A stretch of 64,000 bases of DNA. Source: an uncultured Anaerolineales bacterium. GTDB taxonomy: Bacteria > Planctomycetota > Phycisphaerae > FEN-1346. Location: the NCBI GenBank assembly GCA_964461715.1, contig CAYWVR010000005.1:3717-67716 (forward strand). Direction: 5' to 3'. Under the pieces are notes generated by a model that did not search any database, was not told the DNA's origin, and saw only the letters and a list, made by a program, of their open reading frames with translations. This document shows, one piece after another, positions 1 through 9,169 of this stretch. Numbering within the stretch: the stretch's first letter is position 1; the number at the start of each line of letters is the position of its first letter. The position numbers and the translations under genes were made by a program.

Positions 1-3
1 CCA

Positions 4-1065
4 GTGGCCTGGGAGGCCGAGATCGGTCCCGGCTTCGCCGCTGTGGCCGTCGCCGGCGGCAAGGTCTACGCGATGGGCCGCGGCGAGAGCGACGACGTCC
101 TCTATTGCCTGAGCGAGGCCGACGGCACGGTCCTCTGGAAGCAGTCTTACCCCACGAAGGAGGGCAGCTACCCTGGCCCACGGGCCACGCCCACCGTCGA
201 CGGCGACCGCGTCTACACCTCCAGCCGCTACGCCGACCTCCACTGCTTTGACGCCGCAAGCGGCCAGATCAAGTGGTCCGTCGACGCCCGGGAGGCGTTC
301 GGCGTGAAGAAGGAGTCTCAGAACTGGGGCCTGGCGTCCTCGCCGCTCATCGTCGGGGACCTGGTCGTGTACGATTTCGGCATGATCCTGGCCCTCGACA
401 AGATGACCGGGAAGCTGAAGTGGAAGGTCGGGGATGATAAGCCCGGCTTCTCCTCCGCCCAGAACTTCCAGTTGGGCGGCAAGACCTATGTCACGGCCTT
501 TAGCGCCGCGAGCCTCGTGATCGCCGACGTGGCCACGGGGACGGAGATCGCAACGTTCCCATGGGAGACGAAGTACGACTGCAACACCGCCACACCCCTC
601 GTCGAGGGCGACACCCTGTTCATCTCCTCGGGCTACGGCCGGGGCTGCGCGGCCCTGAAGTTCGACGGAACGAGCCTCACGAAGCTCTGGGAGAACGACC
701 GGCTCAAGAGTCACTGCAACAATGCCGTGCTCTACCAGGGCCATCTCTACGGCTTCGACGGCCAGCAGGGCGGTCGCGGCGACCTCGTGTGCATGGAACT
801 GGCCACCGGCGAGATCCGTTGGTCCCAGCGGGCCGGCCGCATCGGGGCCCTCATGATCGCCGGCGGCACGATCATCGCCCAACTGGACCGCGGAGAGCTC
901 ATCACCGCCAAGGCCACGCCCGCCGGCTACACGGAGATCGCGCGGGCCGAGGTCCTTGACGGCCAGTGCTGGACGATGCCCGTCCTGGCGAACGGGCGGA
1001 TCTACGTCCGCAACAATAAGAACGACGCCGTCCTGAAGGCCCTGGACGTGCGGGGGGCCGAATGA
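4..1065 (+). CDS. PQQ-like beta-propeller repeat protein (BamB-like family), 5'-partial at window edge
   Basis: Repeated blade motifs of the type A-x-D-G-x-x-x-W and (V)(Y)(V)G-S-x-D-G-x-L-Y-A, typical of the PQQ_2/PQQ enzyme-repeat family. Stop codon overlaps the next start (ATGA at 1062-1065). Confidence 0.8.
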   Translation: MAWEAEIGPGFAAVAVAGGKVYAMGRGESDDVLYCLSEADGTVLWKQSYPTKEGSYPGPRATPTVDGDRVYTSSRYADLHCFDAASGQIKWSVDAREAFGVKKESQNWGLASSPLIVGDLVVYDFGMILALDKMTGKLKWKVGDDKPGFSSAQNFQLGGKTYVTAFSAASLVIADVATGTEIATFPWETKYDCNTATPLVEGDTLFISSGYGRGCAALKFDGTSLTKLWENDRLKSHCNNAVLYQGHLYGFDGQQGGRGDLVCMELATGEIRWSQRAGRIGALMIAGGTIIAQLDRGELITAKATPAGYTEIARAEVLDGQCWTMPVLANGRIYVRNNKNDAVLKALDVRGAE

Positions 1066-2078
1066 CCCAGCCGATGCGCATCCTCTATTGCCACTGCGCG
1101 TTTTTCGAGACGACGCCCGCCGACGTACGCGGGGCCGTCCTGGAGGGGATGGCGGCGGCAGGCCTCGAGTTCACGCCCGTGCGGGACCTGTGCGAGCTGG
1201 CCGCCAGGCGGGACCCGATCCTGGCGGAGATGGCCGCCGGGGAGGGCTCGCGGACGATCGTCGCCTGCCGCCCCCGGACTGTCCGGTGGCTCTTCGAGGC
1301 GGCCGGGGCGACGCTGGAGCCGTCCGCGGTCCGGTTTGTCGACCTTCGCGAATCGACCGCGGAGGAGGCCCTCGCGGTCCTCACCGAGGGAGCGGCCTGC
1401 GAGGAGGGCGGGTGCGGATGCGGGGCCAAGATCGTGCGGGCGGTCCTCGAGAATCTCGACGCGAACGCCTGGCGGCCCTGGTTCCCGGTCATCGACTATG
1501 ACCGGTGCGTCGGATGCGGCCAGTGCATGGATTTCTGCCTTTTCGGCGTCTACGAGCGGGATGACGAGGGCCGGGTCGTCGCGGCCCATCCCGAGAAGTG
1601 CAAGACGAACTGCCCCGCCTGCGCCCGCGTCTGCCCGGAGGCGGCCATCATCTTCCCGAAGTACCTCGACGGCCCCATCAGCGGCCTGCCCGTCACGGAG
1701 GCCGACACCGGCGACCCGGTGCGGGTGGACCTCGCCGGCCTGGCGAAAGGCGACGTCTACGAGAAGCTCCGGAAGCGCGACGGGGGCTCCGGAGGCCGGT
1801 TCTCGGGGACCTACGACGGTGCGCAGGCGGAAGCGGAGCGGGCCGAGTGCTCCTGCGTCTCGCGGATGATGGAGCGCCTCGGTGTGACGCCGGAGGTCCT
1901 CGCCGCCAGTGCCGCCGACGCCCGCGAGGCCCTCGCGGCTCCGTCGGAGACCCCGGGGGGCGGCTGTGCGTGCGACGAGGACGCGGGCTGCGACTGCGAC
2001 GGCACGGACGAGGAGCGGGCCGCCGGCGCGTGCGGGCCCCGGGGGTGCGACTGCGGCGGAACGGGCGAGGAGACGTAG
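1062..2078 (+). CDS. 4Fe-4S dicluster ferredoxin-like protein with unknown N-terminal domain and Cys/Asp/Gly-rich C-terminal tail
   Basis: Two classic ferredoxin motifs, CVGCGQCMDFC and CKTNCPACARVCP. C-terminal roughly 40 aa (nt ~1953-2075) is GGGCACDEDAGCDCDGTDEERAAGACGPRGCDCGG, with 7 Cys. Translationally coupled to the upstream propeller gene. Confidence 0.7.
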   Translation: MTQPMRILYCHCAFFETTPADVRGAVLEGMAAAGLEFTPVRDLCELAARRDPILAEMAAGEGSRTIVACRPRTVRWLFEAAGATLEPSAVRFVDLRESTAEEALAVLTEGAACEEGGCGCGAKIVRAVLENLDANAWRPWFPVIDYDRCVGCGQCMDFCLFGVYERDDEGRVVAAHPEKCKTNCPACARVCPEAAIIFPKYLDGPISGLPVTEADTGDPVRVDLAGLAKGDVYEKLRKRDGGSGGRFSGTYDGAQAEAERAECSCVSRMMERLGVTPEVLAASAADAREALAAPSETPGGGCACDEDAGCDCDGTDEERAAGACGPRGCDCGGTGEET

Positions 2079-2083
2079 GGCGG

Positions 2084-3277
2084 ATGCTTCTTACGCTGGC
2101 CAAGCGGATGCTGTTCGAGACCGACCGGCGGCTCCTCTGGAAGTTCGCCTGGAACTTCGGTGTCCAGAGTCTCCGGGCCCACGCCCGGTTCAAGCGCGAT
2201 CTGCGCCGCGGGCGGACGTACCCGGCCTTCCTCTTCATCTCCATCACCAATGCCTGCAACCTGCGGTGCCAGGGGTGCTGGGTCTCGGTCGAGGCGCCGC
2301 AGACCTTCCTGGCCCCCGAGACGTTCGAACGAATTCTGCACGAGAGTCGCCGCCGCGGGAACCGCTTCTTCGGCATCCTGGGCGGGGAACCGCTCCTTCA
2401 TCCCGACCTCTGGACCGTCCTGAAGCGGTTCCCGGACTGCTATTTCCAGCTTTTCACGAACGGCACGCTCATCACCGACGAGACGGCCGAGACGATGCGG
2501 CGGCTCGGGAACGTGACCCCCTTGGTGAGCATCGAGGGCCTCGAAGAGGTCAGCGACGAGCGCCGCGGCGGCAAGGAGGTCTTCCGCCAGACGCTGGAAG
2601 GCCTGGAGCGATGTCGCCGGGCGGGGCTGGTCCTCGGTGTCGCCACGAGTATCTGCCGCTCGAACATCGACGACCTCGTCTCCGAGCGCTTCGTGCGGCA
2701 GGTTGTGGATCACGGGGCCCACTACCTGTGGTACTATATCTATCGTCCGGCGGGGCGGGACCCCCGGCCGGAGCTGGCCCTGAGCTCGGAGCAGGTGCTT
2801 CGCCTCCGGCGCTTCATCGTCGAGATGCGGGGGCGGGCCCCCTTGGCCATCATCGACGCCTACTGGGACGAGGCGGGGCGGGCCCTGTGTCCGGCGGCCT
2901 CCGGCATTGCGTGCCACATCAATCCCTGGAGCGACATCGAGCCGTGTCCGCCGGTCCAGTTCGCCGCCGAGAGTGTTCATACCAACGGCGACCTGTACCG
3001 GACAATCGGCCACTCGGCGTTCCTGGACCGTTTTCGCCGCACCGTGGCCGAGACGACGCCGGGCTGCATCCTGTTGGAGCGGCCCGACGTGCTGAGGCGG
3101 CTGATCGTGGAGGAGGGGGCTCGGGATTCGACGGGGCGCGGCACGGGGCTGGCCGAGTTGGAGGCCCGGGCCTGCTGCGCCAGCCATCACATGCCCGGCC
3201 ACGAGATTCCGGAGGCGCACTGGTTCTACCGCTTCGCGAAGCGGCACTGGTACTTCGGGTTCGGCGGGTACGCTTGA
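2084..3277 (+). CDS. Radical SAM protein (SPASM/twitch-like C-terminal Cys cluster)
   Basis: Canonical CxxxCxxC at nt 2255-2278 (CNLRCQGC). Also GGEPLL, FTNGTL and GVATSICRSNIDD blocks typical of AnSME/PqqE-like maturases. C-terminal Cys-rich stretch C-x7-C-x10-C. Start taken at ATG 2084, 5 nt after the upstream stop; the ORF-track 5' extension to 1598 overlaps the upstream gene in another frame and is Arg/Gly-rich junk. Confidence 0.85.
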   Translation: MLLTLAKRMLFETDRRLLWKFAWNFGVQSLRAHARFKRDLRRGRTYPAFLFISITNACNLRCQGCWVSVEAPQTFLAPETFERILHESRRRGNRFFGILGGEPLLHPDLWTVLKRFPDCYFQLFTNGTLITDETAETMRRLGNVTPLVSIEGLEEVSDERRGGKEVFRQTLEGLERCRRAGLVLGVATSICRSNIDDLVSERFVRQVVDHGAHYLWYYIYRPAGRDPRPELALSSEQVLRLRRFIVEMRGRAPLAIIDAYWDEAGRALCPAASGIACHINPWSDIEPCPPVQFAAESVHTNGDLYRTIGHSAFLDRFRRTVAETTPGCILLERPDVLRRLIVEEGARDSTGRGTGLAELEARACCASHHMPGHEIPEAHWFYRFAKRHWYFGFGGYA

Positions 3278-3299
3278 GCGGCAAGCACAAGGAGACGCG

Positions 3300-5036
3300 A
3301 TGAGCGATCCTGCGACCGGCTACGACTCGGGCGCTTGCTGCGGGCCCGGACGGCGTCCCCGTCGTCCGCCCCAGAAGGGCATCCCTCAGACACGGCCGGA
3401 GCGCGACCGCATCCGCGGCGCCGTCCGCGACCGCGTCCGCAGCCGACGGCTCGTGCCGCCGCTGTCATTCAACGAGCTCTTTGATCTCACCGAGGACGTC
3501 GCCGCGGCGGCCGAGTGCCCGGCCGACGTGCGGAAGTGGGTGGCGGTCCTCGCGAACAACGAGGCGTGGCAGGAGCGTTTGGCGGGCATCCCGTACGAGC
3601 GGCGGCTCCTTTTGCTGCCCCAGTGCCTTCGCGACCCCGAGCAGTGCCCCGGTGTGGTGGACGAGCTGGGCCTCGTGTGCCAAGGATGCGGGCGGTGCCT
3701 GATCGATACGTTCCGCCGGGAGGCCCTCCGCCTCGGCTACGCGGTCCTCGTCAGCGAAGGTACGGCCGTGGTCATGACGCTGATCCGCACGGGCCAGATC
3801 GAGGGTGTTGTGGGCGTCAGCTGCATGTCTTCGCTGGAGAAGGTCTTTCCGCTGATGGAGGCGGCGGCGGTGCCCGCGGTGGCTGTGCCGCTCCTCTATG
3901 ACGGATGCGCCGAGACGAGCGTGGACGCGGATTGGGTGCTGAGGGCCATCCGGCTCTCCTCCGACGCCGCCACCGCCCGCATGGACCTCGACGCCCTGCG
4001 GACCGAGGTGGAGGCGTGGTTCCGGGCCGACGTGCTCGCGGCGCTGATGGGCCCTGCCGACGATCCCACCAGCCGCATCGCCCGCGACTGGCTCCTCGTG
4101 GGCGGCAAGCGGTGGCGGCCATTCCTGGTGGCGGGCGTTTACCGGGCCCTGGCGGACGATGCCGAGGCCCCTCTCCCCCCGACCGTGGCCCGCATCGCCG
4201 TGGCCGTCGAGTGCTTCCACAAGGCCAGCCTCGTCCACGACGACATCGAGGACCAGGACGCCCTCCGCTACGGGGAGCAGACGCTGCACGAGCGGCACGG
4301 GGTGCCTATGGCCCTGAACGTGGGCGATTTCCTCATCGGCGAGGGATACCGCCTCATCGCCGAGGCCGACTTGGCGGACGCGCGGCGGGGCGAGATTCTG
4401 GCGGCGGCCGTGACGGGCCACCGCGCGCTTTGCGTCGGGCAGGGGGCCGAGCTGGCCTGGACCGCCGACCCGCAGCCCCTGGCCCCCGAGGCCGTCCTCG
4501 ACATCTTCCATAAGAAGACCGCCCCGGCCTTCGCCGTGGCCCTGCGGATGGGAGCCGTCTGCGCCGGGGCCGACGGTGCCGTCGCCGACGTCCTCGACCG
4601 CTATAGCGAGGCCCTCGGCGTGGCCTACCAGGTCCGCGACGACCTGGACGACTTCGTCCGAGCCGGGGCGGAGAGCGATGCGTGGGCCCTGCGGCCCTCG
4701 ATCGTCCTGGCCCTGGCGTATGAGCGGGCCGAGGGCGAGGCCCGCGACCTCCTGGACGCCCTCTGGCGGGGCAAGGCCGACCCGGCATCCGTCGCCGCGC
4801 GGCTCGGGGCCGTCCTGGAAGACCTCCAGGTCGAGCGTGCTGCCCGGACGCTTCTGGACCGAACGACCCGCGAGGCGATCCGGTCGCTCCAGCCGCTTGC
4901 CAGCCCCGACCTCAAGGGCCTCCTCCGCCGCGTTCTGACGAAGATCTTCGGGCCCATCGACGAAAGGGCATCGATCCGTGACCTTGAGGCTCGAGATGAT
5001 CCGGGCCGCGCAGTCGGCGCCGAGCCTGCTGCGTGA
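3300..5036 (+). CDS. DUF116 domain fused to polyprenyl (isoprenyl diphosphate) synthase
   Basis: N-terminal half has conserved Cys pairs (PQCLRDPEQCP, CQGCGRC) in a DUF116-like arrangement. C-terminal half carries both trans-IPPS aspartate-rich motifs (LVHDDIEDQD and YQVRDDLDDF) and a KKT substrate-binding triad (FHKKTA). Confidence 0.8.
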   Translation: MSDPATGYDSGACCGPGRRPRRPPQKGIPQTRPERDRIRGAVRDRVRSRRLVPPLSFNELFDLTEDVAAAAECPADVRKWVAVLANNEAWQERLAGIPYERRLLLLPQCLRDPEQCPGVVDELGLVCQGCGRCLIDTFRREALRLGYAVLVSEGTAVVMTLIRTGQIEGVVGVSCMSSLEKVFPLMEAAAVPAVAVPLLYDGCAETSVDADWVLRAIRLSSDAATARMDLDALRTEVEAWFRADVLAALMGPADDPTSRIARDWLLVGGKRWRPFLVAGVYRALADDAEAPLPPTVARIAVAVECFHKASLVHDDIEDQDALRYGEQTLHERHGVPMALNVGDFLIGEGYRLIAEADLADARRGEILAAAVTGHRALCVGQGAELAWTADPQPLAPEAVLDIFHKKTAPAFAVALRMGAVCAGADGAVADVLDRYSEALGVAYQVRDDLDDFVRAGAESDAWALRPSIVLALAYERAEGEARDLLDALWRGKADPASVAARLGAVLEDLQVERAARTLLDRTTREAIRSLQPLASPDLKGLLRRVLTKIFGPIDERASIRDLEARDDPGRAVGAEPAA

Positions 5037-5862
5037 CGCCGCCGGGCGGGTCGCCTCGTTCCTCCGGTCCCGCCGGGCCCCCGGGCGCGGGTTCACGGGG
5101 CGCGACGGCCGGCCCGACCTCTACTACACCGTCTTCGGGGCCGAGGGACTGATCATCCTCGGGGAACCCCTTGTGGACGACCTCCCCGCTTACCTGGCCG
5201 GTTTCGGCGACGGCGAGGGCCTGGATTTCGTCCACTTGGCATGCCTGGCCCGGGCGCGGGCGGACGCGGCCCCGGAGGGCTTCGACGAGGCGTCCCGCCG
5301 GGCCGTGGCCGATCGCTTGGCTGCCTACCGGAGTGGCGACGGCGGATTCAGCCACCAGTCGGAGGCCCCCCGTGGGACGGCCTACGGGTGCTTTCTGGGT
5401 GTCGGGGCTTACGAGGACCTGGGCGTGGACCTGCCGGACCCGGAGGGGCCGGTCCGCTGCCTGGCGGGCCTGGAAGCCCCGGGCGGCGGGTGGTCGAACG
5501 AGCCCGGCGGGCGGGCGGCCCTGACGCCCGCGACGGCTGCCGCGGTGACGTTGCTCGCGCACTTGGGTCGGCCCATGCCGGAAGGGGCCGCGGGGTGGCT
5601 CCTGGGCCAGACGGCCGAGACCGGGGGGTTCCGGGCCTCCCCGGACGTGCCCGTCGCGGACCTTCTCTCGACGGCCACGTCCCTCCACGCGCTGGTGGCA
5701 GCGGGGGCGGACCCGGGGCCCGTGCGCGAGGGGTGTCTGAGGCTGCTGGATACCCTCTGGAGCGAGGAAGAAGGGGCCTTCCGTGGCCACGCCTTCGACG
5801 CAGTCGTCGACTGCGAGTACACGTGGTACGGGCTCCTGGCGCTCGGGCACCTGGCCGCGTGA
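4978..5862 (+). CDS. Prenyltransferase/squalene-oxidase repeat (alpha/alpha-toroid) protein
   Basis: Four repeats of the G-D/G-G-G-F/W ... aromatic type (GDGGFSHQSE, PGGGWSNEPGG, ETGGFRASPD, EEGAFRGHAF) typical of the Prenyltrans repeat (PF00432). Start ambiguous (4978 or 4996); overlaps the 3' end of the polyprenyl synthase gene. Confidence 0.6.
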   Translation: MTLRLEMIRAAQSAPSLLRDAAGRVASFLRSRRAPGRGFTGRDGRPDLYYTVFGAEGLIILGEPLVDDLPAYLAGFGDGEGLDFVHLACLARARADAAPEGFDEASRRAVADRLAAYRSGDGGFSHQSEAPRGTAYGCFLGVGAYEDLGVDLPDPEGPVRCLAGLEAPGGGWSNEPGGRAALTPATAAAVTLLAHLGRPMPEGAAGWLLGQTAETGGFRASPDVPVADLLSTATSLHALVAAGADPGPVREGCLRLLDTLWSEEEGAFRGHAFDAVVDCEYTWYGLLALGHLAA

Positions 5863-5941
5863 CGGGGTCGGCGCTTGCCCGGGTTCGCGGCACAACCTAC
5901 GATGAAGAGATGAAGAGCGGGCATCCGGGCGAGGAGGACCC

Positions 5942-7141
5942 ATGCATCTTGCCTTGCGGAGGCCGATCCTGGCGGCGTGCTTGATCGTGGTTGCGTCCGC
6001 GGGCTGCGAGTACACGACCGCCCCGCCCGAGGAGAACCCCGGGGCCCCGAAGCCGCCCGAGTCCCAGTGGCGGATCTGGCGGGGCGATCCGGGCCTCTCG
6101 GGCCGGGCCGACGTGGCCCTGCCGGACGCCCTGACGCTCCTCTGGCGGGCCAAGATCGGCGGGGCGGTCCGCTCCAGCCCCGTCGTCGCCGACGGGCGGG
6201 TCTTCATCGGCTCGACGCGCGGCAAGGTGCACGCCCTGGCCCTGAAGGACGGATCGCCCCTCTGGGAGGTCCAGACCCGGGACATGGTCGAGGCCCCGCC
6301 CTTCGTCCACGGCGACACGGTCTACGTCAGCAGCCACGACAGCTTCCTCTACGCCCTCGACGCCGCCACGGGGAAGGAGAAGTGGACGTTCGAGACGGGC
6401 GACAAAATCCTCGGCTCGGCCAACCGGGTCGAGGCCGCGGGCGGCCGGACGCTGATCGTCGTCGGGAGCTACGATTTTTCCGTCTATGCCGTGGACGCCG
6501 CCACGGGCGAGGAGGTCTGGAGCGTCGAGACGGGCAACTACGTCAACGGCACCCCGGCCGTGGCCGACGGGAAGGTGGTCGTGGGCGGCTGCGACGAGGT
6601 TCTGCACGTCATCGACGGGCGGCGGGGCCGCGAGACGGAGATCATCGACGCCTACTCCTACATTGCCGCCTCCCCCGCCGTCGTGGACGGGAGGGCTTAC
6701 GTGGGGAACATGGCGGGCGGGTTCGTCGCGGGGAGCCTGGAGACGGGCGACGTGGCCTGGGAGTATGATTCCGGCGACGAGATCGAGTTCTACTCCAGCC
6801 CCGCCGTCGGCGAGGCCCGGGTCGTCGTCGGCTCCCGCGACGGCAACGTCTGTGCCCTCGACCGGGCTACGGGCGAGGTGGCTTGGGCCTTCGAGACGCA
6901 AGGCGAGGTCGACGCCAGCCCCGTCCTTTGCCGCGATCGCGTGCTCGTGGGTTCGGGCGACGGGTTCCTGTACATCCTGAGCCTGGCGGACGGGTCGGAG
7001 GTCTGGCGGGAGGAGATCGGGGCCGGGATCGGTTCGTCGGCCGCCGTGGCCGGGGAGCGGGTCCTTGTGGGCGCCGACGACGGGTACCTCTACTGCTTCG
7101 GACCCGCCCCGGAGCAAGAGGCGAAGGCGAAGGAGGAGTAG
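5942..7141 (+). CDS. PQQ-like beta-propeller repeat lipoprotein
   Basis: Lipoprotein signal (LAACLIVVASAGC) followed by 7-8 PQQ-type blades (SSPVVADGRVFIGS, LYALDAATGKEKW, VYAVDAATGEEVW and similar). Confidence 0.85.
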   Translation: MHLALRRPILAACLIVVASAGCEYTTAPPEENPGAPKPPESQWRIWRGDPGLSGRADVALPDALTLLWRAKIGGAVRSSPVVADGRVFIGSTRGKVHALALKDGSPLWEVQTRDMVEAPPFVHGDTVYVSSHDSFLYALDAATGKEKWTFETGDKILGSANRVEAAGGRTLIVVGSYDFSVYAVDAATGEEVWSVETGNYVNGTPAVADGKVVVGGCDEVLHVIDGRRGRETEIIDAYSYIAASPAVVDGRAYVGNMAGGFVAGSLETGDVAWEYDSGDEIEFYSSPAVGEARVVVGSRDGNVCALDRATGEVAWAFETQGEVDASPVLCRDRVLVGSGDGFLYILSLADGSEVWREEIGAGIGSSAAVAGERVLVGADDGYLYCFGPAPEQEAKAKEE

Positions 7142-7157
7142 CCCCTCGGGCCCCGCC

Positions 7158-8447
7158 ATGCGCATCATCCAGCTCATCCCGGGCACGTGCGAGGCGTTCT
7201 ACTGCGAGAACTGTCTCCGTGATTTCGACCTCATCGACGCCGTCAAGGCCCTCGGCCACGAAGCCCACGTCGTGCCGCTCTATCTGCCCTTGACGGCCGA
7301 CCGGACGGAGGATCGCGGCGACGCGCCGATCTTCTTCGGGGGCGTGAAGGTCTACCTCCAGGAGAAGTCGGCCCTCTTTCGCCGCGCACCGGGCTGGGTG
7401 GGCCGGATGCTCGACTCGCGGCGGCTCCTTCAGTGGGCCTCGAAGCGGACGGCGATGACCAGCCCGGAGGACCTCGGCGAGTCGACCCTCTCGATGCTCC
7501 GCGGCGAGCACGGGCATCAGGCCCGCGAGCTGGGCCGCCTGGCGGCGTGGTTGGCCGAGCGCGAGCGGCCGGAGGTCGTGTGCCTTTCGAGCGCGCTCTT
7601 GGTGGGCCTTGCGCGGCGGCTGCGGGAGACGCTGGGGGTGCCGGTGGTCTGTATGCTCCAAGACGAGGACGGCTTCCTCGACGCCTTGGCCGCCCCCTAC
7701 GGGCCGGAGGCGTGGGAGGCCGTCCGGGCGGGCGCTCGGCACGTCGACGGCTTCATCGCCGTCAGCCGCTTCTACCGCGACCTGATGACCGAGCGGCTGA
7801 ATCTCGATCCGGAACGGGTCGCGGTCGTGCATCCGGGCCTTCAGATGGACGGCTACGTACCCGCCGCCGAACCGGCGAATCCACCCACGATCGGCTTTCT
7901 CTCGCCGTCGGTGCCCGGAAAGGGGCTCGACACGCTCGTCGAAATCCTCGCGCGGCTGCGGCAGGAGGAGGGGCTCCGGGACACGCGCCTCGCGGCCACC
8001 GGCGGCCAGACCACGGGCAGCCACCCTTTCCTCGAGGACCTCCAGGCCCGCATCCAGGCCCTCGGTCTCGCCGCGGCGGTGGACCTCCAGCCGTACCTGG
8101 GCCGTCGCGCGCGGCAGCGATTCCTGCGGGCCGCGTCGGTGCTTTCGGTGCCGCTTGCGCGGGGCGAGGCGTACGGGATGTATATCCTGGAGGCCCTGGC
8201 CTCGGGCGTGCCGGTGGTCGAGCCGCGCCTGGGCGGCGTGGCCGAGCTGGTGGAGGAGACGGGCGGCGGAGTGCTGGTCGATCCGAACGACCCCGACGCC
8301 CTCGCCGCGGCCCTCGCCGACCTGCTCCGCAACCCCGAACGGGCGCGTGAGCTGGGCGAGCGGGGCCGGGAGGCCGTCCTCGAACGGTTCGCGGCCGAAC
8401 GGTCGGCCGAGGCCCTGGTGGCGACGTTCCAGCGATTCGCAACGTAG
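7158..8447 (+). CDS. Glycosyltransferase family 4 (GT-B fold)
   Basis: C-terminal EAYGMYILEALASGVPVV plus E-x7-E signature of GT4 retaining glycosyltransferases. Start at the first ATG after the upstream stop (7158); the ORF-track extension to 7065 is a Ser/Arg-rich overlap. Confidence 0.85.
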   Translation: MRIIQLIPGTCEAFYCENCLRDFDLIDAVKALGHEAHVVPLYLPLTADRTEDRGDAPIFFGGVKVYLQEKSALFRRAPGWVGRMLDSRRLLQWASKRTAMTSPEDLGESTLSMLRGEHGHQARELGRLAAWLAERERPEVVCLSSALLVGLARRLRETLGVPVVCMLQDEDGFLDALAAPYGPEAWEAVRAGARHVDGFIAVSRFYRDLMTERLNLDPERVAVVHPGLQMDGYVPAAEPANPPTIGFLSPSVPGKGLDTLVEILARLRQEEGLRDTRLAATGGQTTGSHPFLEDLQARIQALGLAAAVDLQPYLGRRARQRFLRAASVLSVPLARGEAYGMYILEALASGVPVVEPRLGGVAELVEETGGGVLVDPNDPDALAAALADLLRNPERARELGERGREAVLERFAAERSAEALVATFQRFAT

Positions 8448-8464
8448 AGGAGAGGAGGTTCGCC

Positions 8465-9169
8465 ATGGCCGAGTCGTCGCCGCTTCTGGAGCTCGACCGC
8501 GTGACGAAACGCTATCCCTCGCCGGGCGGTGAGGAGGGGGCGCCCGTGCTGAGAGAGATATCGCTGGAGGTCCGCGCAGGGGACTCGCTCAGTGTCGTGG
8601 GCCCGTCGGGGTGCGGCAAGTCGACGCTTCTCAATATCGTCGGGACGCTCGACCGGCCCACCTCCGGCCACGTGCGGCTGGAGGGGCAGGACCTTGCGGA
8701 GCTGGGCGACGCGGACCTGGCGTCGCTTCGGAACCGGCGGATCGGGTTCATCTTCCAGCTCCACCACCTCCTGCCCCAGTGCACGGCCCTGGAGAACGTT
8801 CTCGTGCCCACATTGGCGGGCGGCGCAAGAGACGGGGACGCCCACGAGCGGGCCCGGGCGCTCCTGGAGCGCGTGGATCTCGGCGACCGGATGGAGTACC
8901 GCCCGGGGCAGCTCTCCGGCGGGCAGCGGCAGCGTGTGGCGGTGGCCCGGGCCCTTGTAAATCGGCCGACGCTCCTCCTCGCCGATGAGCCCACGGGGTC
9001 CCTCGACCGGGCCGCCAGCGACCAGATGGCCGCGCTTTTGGCGGAGCTCAACGAGGAGGAGGGCGTGACGCTGGTCGTGGTGACGCACGCCCGGGACCTG
9101 GCGTCGCGGATGGGGCGGATGCTGGAGCTGAAGGACGGGACTCTGGCGCCGGCGGAGGATGGGGCATGA
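8465..9169 (+). CDS. ABC transporter ATP-binding protein (MacB/LolD-type)
   Basis: Walker A GPSGCGKST, Q-loop, ABC signature LSGGQRQRVAVARAL, Walker B LLLADEPTGSLD. Stop overlaps the next start (ATGA 9166-9169). Confidence 0.9.
   Translation: MAESSPLLELDRVTKRYPSPGGEEGAPVLREISLEVRAGDSLSVVGPSGCGKSTLLNIVGTLDRPTSGHVRLEGQDLAELGDADLASLRNRRIGFIFQLHHLLPQCTALENVLVPTLAGGARDGDAHERARALLERVDLGDRMEYRPGQLSGGQRQRVAVARALVNRPTLLLADEPTGSLDRAASDQMAALLAELNEEEGVTLVVVTHARDLASRMGRMLELKDGTLAPAEDGA

Noticed and set aside
1598..2083. 5' extension of the radical SAM ORF back to 1598
   Set aside because: Overlaps the ferredoxin-like gene in another frame. The translation is Arg/Gly-rich junk. ATG 2084 sits 5 nt after the upstream stop and directly precedes the conserved rSAM N-terminus.
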